A stretch of DNA of 64,000 bases from Paraspadella gotoi (taxonomy: Eukaryota; Animalia; Chaetognatha), in NCBI GenBank assembly GCA_051294375.1, contig CM119269.1, positions 3,366,903 to 3,430,902 of the forward strand, written 5' to 3'. A program made the translations under genes and the position numbers. The notes beneath the pieces were generated by a model, which searched no databases, was not told where the DNA came from, and saw only the letters and a program-made list of their open reading frames with translations. Below are positions 1-13,935 of this stretch, in pieces; positions within the stretch are counted from its first letter, which is position 1; each line of letters starts with the position of its first letter.

Positions 1-938
1 GGGTCATCGTCACTTCCTCAGCCTCGTCTTTTGTTTTCACTCAACGTTATCTCTGAGTCATTTTAAAGATTAAAACTGGATGCTTTCACGGGCCGCACCT
101 TCACGGAAGTCTCACAGGAAAAACCTGGTCACAAAGGATTTCGAAGGAAATCCGGTGTAAGATTCGATCGAACGAGGGAGGGGAAATTCTCTGTGATAAA
201 TTGAGCGAAATTTCGATTGTAGGTTGTAGGACGCCACCTGGGAATCACTGGCGGGCTCAAATGGCGCAAATTGAGTTCGTAGTTTTACTGGTAAAAGTTT
301 CATTTAACTTCACACAAAGGCACGTAAATCATCGTAAAATCTACCTTAGCCCTTAGCGAGAGAGAAGGGGGAGGAGAGAGAGAGAGAGAGACAGAGAGCA
401 TGAGAGTAGAGAGCAGAGAGAGAGTAGAGAGCAGACGAGTAATTGAGAGAGAGGAGACTGAGACGATAGAGAGAGAGAGAGAGAGAGAGAGTAGTGAATG
501 ACTCCATCACCGTCACTTCTTGTGATTCTTTGAGTCACGGATTTCCTCGTTTCCTCTCGCCCGTGGGTCGGGAAGCCGCAGGGAGGGAAGGGAGGAAAGA
601 GGAGGAAGAGGAGGAAAGAAAAGACGAGTCGAAGAAGAGGAGTAGGAGGAGTAGGGGAGGAGAGGAGAAGAGCGGAGGAAAGATAAGAGTTGGGAATGAA
701 TCGGGAGGAAGATTAGGAGAGAAAGACGAAAGGACGACGAAACGTGAATTGATGAAGGAAGAAGGGGAAAAAAAGGAAAGAAATTAAAAAAGGGAGATAA
801 AAAGGAAAGATATAAAAAATGAGGGAGATAAAAAGGAAATAATTAATGTGTAATGGTTATGACTCAAGTTAGAATAAAGAACTAAAAATAGAACCAAAGA
901 AATAGAAAGAATAGAAAAAAGAAAGAAAGAAACTGGAC

Positions 939-1129
939 GAACTGACCCTCACTTTTTGAACTGATCCTCACTTTTAGAACTGACCCTCGCTTTTAGAACT
1001 GAACCTCACTTTTAGAACTGACCCACGCTTTAAGAACTGACCCTCGTTTTTTTAACTGACCCTCACTTTTAGAACTGACCCTCGTTTTAGGAATAGACCC
1101 TCACTTTTAGAACTGACCCTCGCTTTTAG
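939..1129. repeat. 19-bp minisatellite, ~10 degenerate copies (AACTGACCCTCRCTTTTAG)
   Basis: Head-to-tail units read directly from the sequence, with no spacers. Confidence 0.95.
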
Positions 1130-1616
1130 TCATCATCAGCGATATCGATTTTTTCGGACGGTTTTTTTTTTGTTCGTTAATTAAGCAAATTGCATTTGTT
1201 GTTGTTTTCGACTCGGGAATGATCGTAATCGTATATTTTTTGTTGCAATTATGTAATAAGAAGATTGGACTGTCGTTGTAACAAATTTGTTTAAAGAGAA
1301 CTTTGACTTAGTCGGGACTAGGGATTATAACTGTTTTTCGCTGTAGTTTCAGTAAAGTCAAAAAGTATCCATTTTCTAAAAAAACACGACAAGACAAGAG
1401 ATAAACATTCAACAAAGCAATACAATTCCTCTTTCTTACAGAAGCCTTTGAGCAAAAAATTGTTTCAACCTTGCGTCCGAATTTTTGAAAATCAAGTCAA
1501 GATTCCCAGCTGCTGTCCTCTCGAGCCCCAAACAAGAAACTATTTCAAGTCAGCCGCTTGTGTCAAGTTCGGTTTAAGTATCAGGCGAGCGTGACAGCGT
1601 CGGGAGCGATAGGGGG

Positions 1617-1817
1617 CGTGGCGAAGAGGGAGCGTGGCGAAGAGGGAGCGTGGCGAAGAGGGAGCGTGGCGAAGAGGGAGCGTGGCGAAGAGGGAGCGTG
1701 GCGAAGAGGGAGCGTGGCGAAGAGGGAGCGTGGCGAAGAGGGAGCGTGGCGAAGAGGGAGCGTGGCGAAGAGGGAGCGTGGCGAAGAGGGAGCGTGGCGA
1801 AGAGGGAGCGTGGCGAA
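1617..1817. repeat. Perfect 16-bp minisatellite (CGTGGCGAAGAGGGAG) x12.5
   Basis: Identical units start every 16 bp from 1617 to 1809. This explains the overlapping repetitive ORFs at 1540-2102. Confidence 0.97.
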
Positions 1818-2420
1818 TCGGAAGCTCCACGTGTGCGTCACTCAACTGGAAAAAGTAGGTGGCGACCGACTCCGCAAAATGCCACAAGCCTCGACGAACG
1901 CGGAGAAGAGGGGCGGAATCAGGGCACTCTCTCTGTCTCCCTCCGTCTATCTCTCTCCCTCTCTATATCTCTCTCCCTCTCTTCCCACGTAGTGACAGTT
2001 TTGGGAGAATTTTGGGTGACATTGCCAGACATTCGCAACAAGAAAGACATAAAAGCCAAAAAGCCAAGAAAGAAAGATAAAAAGCAACAAAGTTTCAGCT
2101 GAAAAATGGAAATACGAAATTCTCTTATTGGTGCAAAACCTCAAATTTTTCGTTGTCTTTCACATTTTCCTGTTGAATTCAAGTGAAACAAAGAGAGAGA
2201 GAGAGAGAGAGAGAGAATGAGACTGATGGCACGCGACTGCGGCTTGGCGCATGGGGAGAGGGAGAACGAGTCTGCGGTCGTCGTCGTCGTCGTCGTGACT
2301 CAAAACTACGATATTCGAGTGAATGTCAATGTTAGTCGCGAGTCAAGGATGCGTGAAAAACCCGCGGGTGAAGGGGGAGAGGGACAAGATCTCCCCGAGT
2401 GACGTCGTAAGGTACTTTGA

Positions 2421-2616
2421 CCAATCGGCGTTAGTTACAGAACGAGGTCCTTCCAATCAGCGCCCGATACTTTTGCCCGACCGTGAGGGAGATGGTCCTC
2501 CAATGAGGAAGATCACAGGAATAACAAGGGTCTAACCAATCCCGTAAAGACTAGCCATCTCTCCGCCAATCAGAAAGCGATCATTGAGAATCCTCCTCTT
2601 TTCCCACTCGACCAAT
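2421..2616 (+). promoter_or_regulatory. Cluster of six same-orientation CCAAT boxes (putative NF-Y promoter)
   Basis: CCAAT at 2421, 2453, 2500, 2536, 2566 and 2612, mostly as CCAATC, in a CpG-rich patch. TGACTCA (AP-1-like) sites occur near 2297 and 2720. Confidence 0.5.
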
Positions 2617-3029
2617 CGCGACGTCGAGCCGTCGGATTTGATGGACGTTTTCGATCGTCATTACCTCTTGCTCTTTTCACGACGTTGCGAGAATCAGCGT
2701 TGGTGACTCGGAATCACGATGACTCACGGTGGAGTGAGATTCCGATGGACGACGACGACGACGACGACGACGGCGGCGTGATGGAAATTGATGGCAGGAA
2801 ATAAACGCGTTTGAGCGAAAGGAAAACCTCTTCTTGGTTCGAGCTCGAGATGTTGAGAAAAAAGGACAATTCCGTTTAGATCAGGAAAATTAAATTAAAA
2901 GAAAAGCAGAAGATCGAAAGGTTGGATCTGACTTTTTTTTATTTCTCTCTCATTGCTTTTGTTTTTCTTTCTGTTTTGCTTTCTTTGTTTTCGTTTCGTT
3001 TCGTTGATATCGTAAATACGATATATGTG

Positions 3030-3182
3030 AGAGAGTCTTGATGAAAAGCTTACAGGGACCTGCTATGTCATTATCTTGTACGAGTGATGGAGGCCTTAAA
3101 CCACCAAAGCCTGTCCAAAGTCAGGGGCAAGATAGCTTATTTATTAACTGAATGAATAATTTTTATATTGGTTGTACAAATT
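3030..3182 (+). mobile_element. Dispersed repeat family A, partial copy 1
   Basis: CAGGGACCTGCTATGTCATTATCTTGT...GGAGGCCTTAAACCACCAAAGCCTGTCCAAAGTCAGGGGCAAGATAG is shared with copies at 38785, 51444 and 54585. Confidence 0.85.
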
Positions 3183-4982
3183 TCATGCAAATATTTTTAA
3201 TAATGTTTTCTTGCTTCCCTTTACCGCCTTTTAAAGGCTCTTTTCAAATTTTTAAAACGTTAACTTCTTTACAAACTTATTTGTTCTAGATTAAAAAAAA
3301 AAATTTGCATTTTTTATTTTGTTACCATTTTGTCTCGAGATTTTCCGATTGCTTGACATTTCCTTGCAACTTCTCGAAACGGAGAAGAAAATAGCAGAAG
3401 CAGTCCAATTTTTTTTCTTTAAAAAAGCAAATTTTTTTTTCCACTCACCAACTTCTTTTCAAACTGCAACAATTTATTCTTTATTTAAAGACGTTTTTAT
3501 TCACGCTGTCGTCACTCACAACATTTCAAATCCTGCTTTGATGTTTTCACTGGAGCGCTGATTTATTTCGACGAGTCCGAGTGTTAATCCTCGTTTGGAA
3601 AAAACAAACGGTAACTCGATTACAAGACTAATTGACGTTTCTTTCGCTTTTTCTCACTTCCCGTTTTTTCTTTTATTCGTAGGAGAACTTATCTTTCATT
3701 ATTTGTTTAAGGGGACNNNNNNNNNNGGGTCCCCTTAAGTAACTAAAAGAATTCAAATTTGTATAGTTTTTTTTTGTTTTGTTTCAACATTAAATTTATT
3801 ATTTTTCAATTTAAAATAAGGTACGACGCATTCTTCGGAATCATTTATTTTTCCATTAAAACAAGCTTCTAATCATCAGTTTAAAAACAAACAATTCGAT
3901 TAGAAAAAAAAATGCTATTAAACTTTAAAGCCGGGTTTCTACGCGTTCGTATCTTTCTGTTTACAATTTTTCATTGTTCTTTACAATTTCCCATTATTTC
4001 CCTTCCCTTTGTTTCTCTCGTCTTCTTCCCGACTTTTCCCTCTTACAACTCATTAATATTGAATCAAGAATAATGGGCTTTGGTTCCTCCGCTTTAACGA
4101 TTTTTCCTTTTTTCCTCCTTCGAAGTTTTGTTGTTTTTTGTTTGCTCTTTTGTTTTTATTACACAAAACGTTTTGCCAATAGAGAGCGCTGAACTGAGCG
4201 CTGAGCACTCAAATTAACGTTAAGATGACAAGTAACACCCGGCTTCGATCCCCGGCCAGGAGAGAGATATTGAGAGAGACTGAAGAAAGAAAGAAAGAAA
4301 ATAAAAAGAGAGAGAGAGACTGAGAGAGAGAGAGACTGACGTGGACGTTTGGTGTGGAATGGTAAGTATGTAAATGGGAGGAGAAAGCTGATGGTTATGT
4401 TCAGTCGAGGGTAAGAATAGAAAACAATAAACAAAACAAAAACAAAAGACGTCGTTGAAAAGAGAAAACCGAAAATAAAGTTGAGCGAGCGACAAAAGGA
4501 GAAGGCGTTGAAAAAAAAAAATCTGAGTCGATGAAATCAGATTAAATTCGTTTCCGCTTCGATTAAATTTTATCTTTTATGGACAACGACGTTTTACGAC
4601 TCGTGTTGCTCTTTTTGTTTTTATTTTTTATTATATTTTGTTTTTGTCTTTCAGTTTATGAATTTATTGTATGTTTTTAACCGAAACGATCCACTTTATC
4701 TTAACTTACATCTTTAATGCCGCAGACGTTCTCTAACATCCCGTCGTCGCCGATCGCGGATAAAAAGATAACAAATAAAAAAACATTACGTCAAAAGCGC
4801 TTCTGTCGAGAACCCATTTTTTTAAACTTTCTTTTTTTATTTTTCTTTGTCTTCCTCTATCTTGAAATTGAAGATATGACAAAATAAAGGAAAGATAAAA
4901 TTTTTTTCCCTTTTTTTTATGCTTTTGGATTCGACGCGAGGAAACTGAAGAGACAAAGATACTCTGTCTCTCTATCTCTTTT

Positions 4983-5050
<68 letters not shown>

Positions 5051-7679
5051 ACTAAAAAACTCAAACGGAAGAGAAAACCGCGAACGTCCGACCTTGATCC
5101 ACAACAATCATTGGTTCTGCGGCATCGGCCGAATGGAACCGGGAACTATTGTATGTGGGGCATCGAACGAAGGTGATCCGGTATCCGATACGCAAACAAA
5201 CTCCCGCATTTGAAAAGGCAGCGACACGCCTCTCTCTCTTTCTCTTTCTCTCTGTCTCTCTCTATTCGGATTTTAAACGAGAGTTCTAAAGCATGGTTTG
5301 AGAACATAGAGCGGAGAAAGAACCTCCAGGGAGCAAAGACCCCGTGACGATGGATCAACTAGGAGGCCTCGAACCAAGCTTCGATGTTGCTTGCTTCGAT
5401 GATTTTATTTTTTAATTTAGTTTTTTCTTACAAACTTGTTATCTTTCTATTAAATTGAAAAAAAAAAAAAACTTTTGCTAATTAGATGTAATTATTAGGC
5501 TAATATTGGCGTCATGAGGGTTTCGTTTTCTTTTTGTCCTTTTGTTTTCATTTTTCCGTTAAACTCTGTTCTGTCGTCTAAGGCTTCCTCTTATTTCTCG
5601 ATCCCAAGACAATTCTGCCGTCGCTGGATCGAGAAAGATCAGCATTAAAATTCATACAGAAAAAAAAGAGAGATCTTGATCAAATACAGACAAACGAATA
5701 AATCCTTTTTTTTCTCCAGTGGCCCCGATGCGTCATGAAATTTTGTTTAAAAACAAAAATTGAGTATTCTATTTCAATTTTAATCAGTTTTCACGCCAGT
5801 TTCTGCGATAAAATAGTCCTGAAAGTGTAAATTATTTTTAAAACATATCACAGGCTAACGATACTGGTGAACAATGATTCAGATCGGTCGCTATTTCCCC
5901 TTTTTTTCTTCAGGGGTGGTTCGTTTTGATGTTCGCCCGTCGTCACCTTTAATGTTTTTTGGCCATTTTGTAATTTTTTCACTGTCGCTTGTTTTTTTGT
6001 TTTTTTTTGGTTGTTTTTTTTTATTAAATTAAATTTCGTTCGTCGACCGTCATATTTTTTCAATCCATCGCCTCGTTATATCGATAAAATTATCTACGTT
6101 CGATTATTATTTAATCTAATTTGGCGACTGGAGTTTGATTAAAAATACTATCAGGTTCCTTATTTTTTTCTTTTTCGCTCTCAGTCTGGATGAATATTAT
6201 CTGTTTTATTTTCTCATTTTTTTTTTTAGATTAAAAAAATTCATGAAAACAATTTGATCCCCAAACCTTCTGGTTTTCTTCCTCCCTTTATCTCTTGTCC
6301 TGTGAGCCTTTCTTTAAGGTTTGATATTTAATTTCTCTCTCTCTCTCTCTCTCTCTCGGTCTAAAAAAGTGTTTACATATCGTCTTTCGTTTCATTAAAG
6401 TAGAGGGCCTCTCCTCCTTTTTGCCCTCGAGGATATTAAAGGGGTAAGAGATGTTTTTTCTTCTTTTTTTTTATTGTCTTTCTGTTTTTATAAAACAAAG
6501 GAGCAAATTGTAATTCTTCCCTACATTTATGCGATCCTAAAGAGAGCGATGCCCGAAAGTTTTCATCGATTTTTCAAATTTTTTAAGATCTTTTTTTTTT
6601 CGTTTCGCTGAAGCGAGAAAATCGTTGGAGATATCGAATTTTGGAAATGGACTTTACCGCTGACATTGATCTGACAAATGGCAGCAATCAACTAGTAGCA
6701 AAAACCTAAAACAAAAGGTTGTCATAACCTGGTCGTCACAAACGACCGACCACCTGGGGTGATAAAACCATTTGTTGAACGTGACGAAAAAAAAGTTTCA
6801 ATTTTCACCCAAGTCTTTCGGGAGANNNNNNNNNNNNNNNNNNNNNNNNNNNNNNNNNNNNNNNNNNNNNNNNNNNNNNNNNNNNNNNNNNNNNNNNNNN
6901 NNNNNNNNNNNNNNNNNNNNNNNNNNNNNNNNNNNNNNNNNNNNNNNNNNNNNNNNNNNNNNNNNNNNNNNNNNNNNNNNNNNNNNNNNNNNNNNNNNNN
7001 NNNNNNNNNNNNNNNNNNNAAAAAAAATGTTTCGAATTCGTAAGAAAAACAAAATACTTGGCAATGTCGCAATAAAGAATAAAAAATTGGATGGAATCAC
7101 TTTGGGCGTGGCTTTCATTCTTTGTTTAACATGATAGCATCTTGTTAACACAATTAACAAAATTTGTCGTAAAATTAGATAACAAAAGCTCTCATATATA
7201 TTTCTTTCTTAATTTCTCTCTCTCTCTCTCCTCCTCCTCTCTCTCTTCTCTTCTCTCTCTCTCTCTCTCTCTCTCTCCTCTCCTTCCTCTCTCTTTTTTC
7301 TTGACCTTTTTCCTCATTCCCGGGTCAAGGCTCCAAACGCCGATTCCTTTCACGTGACCCTGTGCCATTGAAAGAAACTCTGCCATCTCTAGGAACTCAT
7401 AAATTATCCAGTTTGCGTTGCAAAAAATTGTTTTCACTGAAAAAAAAACAAACCAAAAAACAAAAAAGTAAAAAAAAAATTAAAAAAAAAAAGAGCAAAA
7501 AACAACACCCAAAGCTTTTTTTCTACGTTTCCCAACGGAACAACAAAAAACAAAACAAAAACAGAATACAACATCGTTCTAAACGAAAAACAATAAAACG
7601 TTACTACAATCCAATTTCGTTTTAGAGGTTTTCGTTTTTTTCTTTTTTTTTCTTACAATTTTTATCTTTCTTTCATTCT

Positions 7680-7715
<36 letters not shown>

Positions 7716-8676
7716 TTCTTTCTTTCTTTCTCTCTTCTTTCTTTTTTTCTTTCTTTCTTTCCAATTCCTATTCCGTTCTCAATCCATTTTCTGCCCCAAT
7801 AATGGTTTTGAGTTCGGACAAATTCGGTCGGGGTCTGCCCTCGGAATATTTCTTCCACTCGGATCGTAATGGCACCTCGTATCCGACTCACAAGGACCCT
7901 CGCCCCTCCTCTCTACGATCCTCATTCCTCCTTTCTCCTCCTTCCTCCTTCTCCTTCTTCTCCTCCTTCATACCTTCCTCCTCTCTCCTCTCTCCTATTT
8001 CTTCCTTCTTTCATCCTTTTCCTCCGTTGAGTCACTTCTCTTCTCTCTCTCTCTCTTCTCGTCCTCTCTCTCTCCTCTCTCTCTTCTCTCTCTCTCTCAT
8101 CATCTTCTCCTCTCCTCTCTCTCTCTCTCCTCATTCACGTGCCTCTGTTTTTCTGATTTTCCTCATCGAAAATTATGACCACGCCTCGACTTTTTCGCCA
8201 ACGACTTTCTTCGGCGGGACGCCCCTTTTTTTTAATGGAGAACGAGGCGTATTTACAGTTACTTTCTTCTATTAAATTTAATTACTATCTTAAGGGGGAA
8301 GGGAACAAAAACAATAACTTTTTCTTCTTTTTTTTTCAGTTTTAAAGATTAAAAACTTGAAAAGATGTGAATTATTATTTTTATCTTCAAGCTGTTTTGA
8401 TTTGGATGCAACACTGATACACGCTTTGATAGACGTCCAGATCTTGAATTTTCTCTATTTTTCGGCCGTTTAAATTTTCGATTTTAATGAAAACCAAACA
8501 TTCTAATTCGTCAAATAAAGTTGAATAAAAAAATTCACAAGAGCGCTATCGACGTTTCTCCCGATAAATTACTCGGACGAGTCTTTGTCTTTCTTCGTCC
8601 ATCTTTCTCTCCATCTCTTGTCTTTTAGCCTCGGGCTCAGTCACCAGCTGATTCCTCGGAGCTCTGTTTAAATGAG

Positions 8677-8719
<43 letters not shown>

Positions 8720-9606
8720 CTCTCTCTTCTCTCTCTCTCTTCTCCTCTCTCTCCCCTCTTCGCCAGTTTCGGAATTCCTCTCTCTCATTGCACGCCACCG
8801 TCCGCGCGCCCGGCGCCCCTGTCACCTTGAACTTTTCACGCGTCGTCGGCACCATTCCATTTCTCAGTTCACTTCTGCATTCGCTTCTACGCATTCCGAG
8901 CCGGCATTATTTCCCCGCTCTTTCTTGTTGCCAACGTCGAGTTTCTCTCTTTCTTCTCTCTCCTTCCCTCTCTCTCTCTCTCCTCTTCCTCTCTCTTCCT
9001 TCTCTCTCTCTCTGTTTTAACGCTTAATATCTGTCCAAACTCTTTATTTTTTGTTGTTAGAGATCGATGTTTGTTGTCTCTACTTTTTTTCGCCGATTTT
9101 CCTACGAACAGAAAAAAAACTCGTGGATGTTGTTTGCTTTATTATCCACGATCAAGAATTCAAAAAATGGATTTAAGGCCAAAAAAATCATCCCCTCGGA
9201 TTTTTTTTCCGTCTGCCTTTAATTCAGTCCGATCCAATTTGTTGCGTTATCGTCCATCTGTCTGTTTTTTATATTCTAAATATATCTGTCTGTCCCTCTC
9301 AGTTTCTCCTCTCTTTTCTCTCCTTCCCTTTTTCCACCCCGCTCTCCTTCTTTACTTTCTCTCTGCGAAAGCCGGGTTTTAAAATTTCGATGTGGAAACA
9401 CATTTCACGACCGCATTCCTTCACGAGTATATTCCACAAATGAAATTTCGCAGGTCGCGACGTCGAAAACGACACGACGACGACTACGACGACGACGACG
9501 CACGACGACACGGATGAATGGGAAGCGGATTCTTATGGAAATTATATTAGAAAACGCATTACGGCGCAAGGGCGAGAGAGAGAGAGAGAGAGAGAGAAGA
9601 GAGAGG

Positions 9607-9662
<56 letters not shown>

Positions 9663-12600
9663 TCTAAAAATTAGAAACGCGTAAGAAAAGACATCCGGCC
9701 ATAACCTACCCATCGTACGCTTAACTTTAACCCCAAAATCCATTCATAATTAACATCGATAACCGTTACAAAGTCGAGTAACCCCCCCAACTCCCCCCTC
9801 GCCCGACTCCTTTCATAAGAGTAACACAAACAGGGAAACCGGCCAAAAAAAAAAAAAAAAAAAAAAATATTTCGAGTGTTTGTTTTTTCTTGGAAATCGT
9901 CTCCGCGCTGGAAACTGTGGGAAAACCTCGATCAAAACATCTGCTTTCATCTAGATTTTCTTTTTTTTCATCTTTTATTCTTGAATTAATTTATGATTCG
10001 GGATTCGATATCTTGATTCAGAAAGAAGTGGGTCTCGTCGATTTAACGATTTCCACGGGCAAAAGAAAAAAGGATTTGCGTGGTTTACTTAAGTAAATGG
10101 TCCTGTGAATTTATCTGTAAAGCCATCTGTAAAACCATCTGAAGAGCTTTGAGCACCTCGAGTATATCGATCCGAGTCGCGCGATTTTTCGGCCTTGAAG
10201 AGAGAGAGATAAGAAAAAGTAAAAGATAAGAAGAAGAAAACAAGGAAGAGAGAAAAATAAAAAATAAAAAAAAAAACAAGAGGAAGAAGAAGATTCGAGG
10301 TCTTCTCCTTTCTCACCAAGAAACCAATCAAAGGGTCGGATAAGCGAAGACGATTGAGCGTCGCTTGTCTTCACGTCGTCCTCCTTCTTTCGCTCGGCTC
10401 TCTCCTCTTTCGAATGCCTCGCGACGTCAGAGACGCGGATTCTCAATTCTCAGAAGCGATAAAAAGAAAAAAAAAAAGATTGAAAAGGAGATTTGCGGTG
10501 CGAAGAAGAAGAAGAAGAAAGAGAAGAACGGAAACGAGGGTCGAAGGGCGGAACGACTTCGTGAAGGGCGTGGGCTGCGGTTTTGTGGGTTTTCGTGGGT
10601 TCATGGGTTGTGGAGGTTGGTTCGGTGGACCGGAATTGGATGTCTCTGGAGTGGTCAGAGGTCACTGGTTTTTGACTCGTCAATATTGTTGGCGGACGTT
10701 AATTTCTTTCATTTAAAATTTTAAACTTGATCTAATTATTTAAAAAGAAAGGGCGAAAAACATATTAAAAAATAAACAAATAAAACTAGAAAACAAGAGA
10801 CCGCCATTACAAAATAAATTAAAAAGAAAACATTTAAAGTCAACCTTCTTATGATGGATGCGTAACGGGGAACGCATCTTCAAGAAATTGAATAACAAGT
10901 ATGAGTCATGATGTTCGTTTTTCTGGAGGCTTTTGGTTTCAAATGGAATCGCCAGGCGATGGTGGCATCAGAAGGTGGAAAAATATTAAATGACCACCAG
11001 TACTTAAACCATTTCATTGGTGGTTGACATTTCGGAAGCTCGAATAGTTCAGGCGAAAACGACGACGACAACGAAGACGATGAATACGACGACGAATACG
11101 ACGACGACGACGAAGTCTTTCTACTTTTCGACATTAAAGTAGACATTAAACATTTTTTTTTTCAATTTTCACCCGACCCTATTTACAACTTCGGAGCAAC
11201 CTAATTCGTTCGCTAATGAAAGGATTCCCCGCAAAAACGACAGCCTGTTCCACACCATCCAACGCGCATGCGCGGCACCGCCGTGGAAACGCGGTCACGA
11301 TTCTTAAACATTTAGAAGAAAAAAAAGTGAGAGTGAGACCGGGATTAATCGCTCCCTCTAAATCTACCGCCGGCGCTAATGCGTTTTCCGCGCGCGCAAC
11401 GCCGCCCCCATCGCGCGCACCGACGGATTTGGCTGGAGCACGCGCAATGGCGCGCCACCGGCGCCGCCAGACGCTCGATCACGTGATTCTCGAGTGACGC
11501 TCACGACCTCGCGTCGCCGGCGTCGGCGTTCGGCANNNNNNNNNNNNNNNNNNNNNNNNNTAGCGACGATGAGTCATTCCGCTCTCTTCCCCGGCGCCTC
11601 AAACGTCGTGGGAACCGGCGACGTCTACAAGCGGCGCTCGAGAACCGGACGGTTCCTCTTAAGAAATTCATTCGATTTTAATGAAATTCAATTTCGAATT
11701 CACACATAATTTTTCTTTGTCATTCTTGGGGGAAATAAATGAGTTGACATTCCAGATGCTTTTACAGATTCAGATTCAGATTCAGATTCAGATTCAGATG
11801 CTTTTACAGATTCAGCTGAATTTGTTCTCCATCATTTTTTCCTTTCATCATTCATTATTTTTTTTAATATCCTTTTAGTAATTAATATTATGCTCTATTT
11901 GAGTGAATAGATTTTTGATTTGAATGTAGACATATCAAGAAAACGTCATACAATGACATCATATTTTAAAATAAACGATTAACTTCTTTGCTTTTTAAAT
12001 ATGTTCCAGTCGACTTCGCATCAAACTATTCACTCTGAAAGAAGTTATACATAATAAAACGTATCTTATTTTTCCTAAACATTTATTACATTTTCCCATA
12101 CGAAATTAAATCAAACAAACTGCGACAAGTCACGTCCTACCCTTTTTATCGGTCAGTCTTTCTTGCTCGCCCGCGTTTGACCTGGTTCCATCTTTTCAGC
12201 CGCCATATGCCGCCACTACAACCCGGCGATTACAATACAAGGACGCTGATGACGAAAAAGACGACGACGACGACGACGACGACACTTACTGCGGGGACGA
12301 CGACGACGACGAAAATGACGAAAACCTTTCTATAACTTTATCGCTTCTTTCCGCCTACGCGATTTTCTCCGCTCGAAATTCCACGATTTTCGATTCACAA
12401 AATCTATTTTCTTTTTCGTCAGAAACTGGAAATCTGGGTTCGTCTCGCTTCCGCTTTCGTGATTCTCACAGAACGTAATTCGCTTTACCAGTGACCAGCT
12501 TCGAACACAATGTGGAGAGAGAGAGAGAGANNNNNNNNNNNNNNNNNNNNNNNNNNNNNNNNNNNNNNNNNNNNNNNNNNNNNNNNNNNNNNNNNNNNNN

Positions 12601-13715
12601 NNNNNNNNNNNNNNNNNNNNNNNNNNNNNNNNNNNNNNNNNNNNNNNNNNNNNNNNNNNNNNNNNNNNNNNNNNNNNNNAACTTCGTTTCCTTTTGTTTC
12701 TTCTTATCAGAGAAAAGATAAAAACGAAGAGAATAAAAAGAGAAGGGAGAAAGCAGAGAAAATTATAGAACGAGGAAAGTTGAGAGAGAAAAAAGAGAAG
12801 TAAAATAATAAAGATATAAAGATAAAGCGCGAAAAGAATCAAATAGTATAGTGAGAGAATAATAAAGATAAAAGTAAAAATAATGATAAAGGCAGACGCG
12901 AAAAATAAGAAAAAGAAAAATACAAAAATTGCATTTAAGCGCTTAGGAAATCCAATAGAGGAGTTGGAAAGAGAGAAAAGAAAGTAACAAAAGAAAAGGA
13001 AAAAAGATAATATTTGTTCAACCAAAAAAAAAGGATAAAAACTTGGAAAAAAATCGTTCGAACATTTGAAAATTTAAAGGATTAAATCGTTGAATGACAA
13101 TTTACCACTATTTAAAATTTTAAAGAAACCCTTCCGACTCGTCGTTTTTCATCTTGAAAAAATCAAAACGGCACAATAAAATACAAAAAGGCAAAAAAGT
13201 AAATTATAAATGAATATTTTATCAATAAAAACAATGACTAAGTAACTCAATTTCTGCAACGTCGCTAACAACGTTCTCTTGCCTCCAACAACAATAACTC
13301 GAGGATTAAAACTACAACGACAACGACGACAACAACGATAGCGAAGATAAGGAGCGTAACTCTGTCGGATCGTCTCCAACAAAAGAGCAATAAAAGCGCC
13401 GACTGTCGGAGAAAACGGGCGACGTTGGCGAGAGAGCCGGGCGTGGCGCAAGGACAGAGGGATTCGGCCGGAAGATTGCAAATGGAAATGGAAATAGCGT
13501 CGGGGTCTTCGTCTTAGTTTACATGATTTTCTTTTGTAAAGTAAACTTGATTTTAAAGAGACAATGTTTTATAATTATGTATGACCTTACTTTGAAATGA
13601 TTTCGCCAGGGCAACTACAACAACAGATCATTTTCCATAAAATTCAAAACATCCGGTAAATCTAAAGCAACAAAACCAAACAGCAACATATCTCAAGTTT
13701 CTTTTTCTTTTCTTT

Positions 13716-13807
<92 letters not shown>

Positions 13808-13935
13808 TTATTTGTTATCTTTTCTTTTCCTTTCTTTATTTTTTCCCGTTCTTTTAACTTCTTTTAACTTCTTTTTCATTCCATGATTTTTTCTTTTTCT
13901 CTCTCTCTTCNNNNNNNNNNNNNNNNNNNNNNNNN

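Noticed and set aside
939-1817. CRISPR-like arrays
   Set aside because: The units are contiguous with no unique spacers, there are no cas genes, and the context is eukaryotic. They are simple minisatellites.
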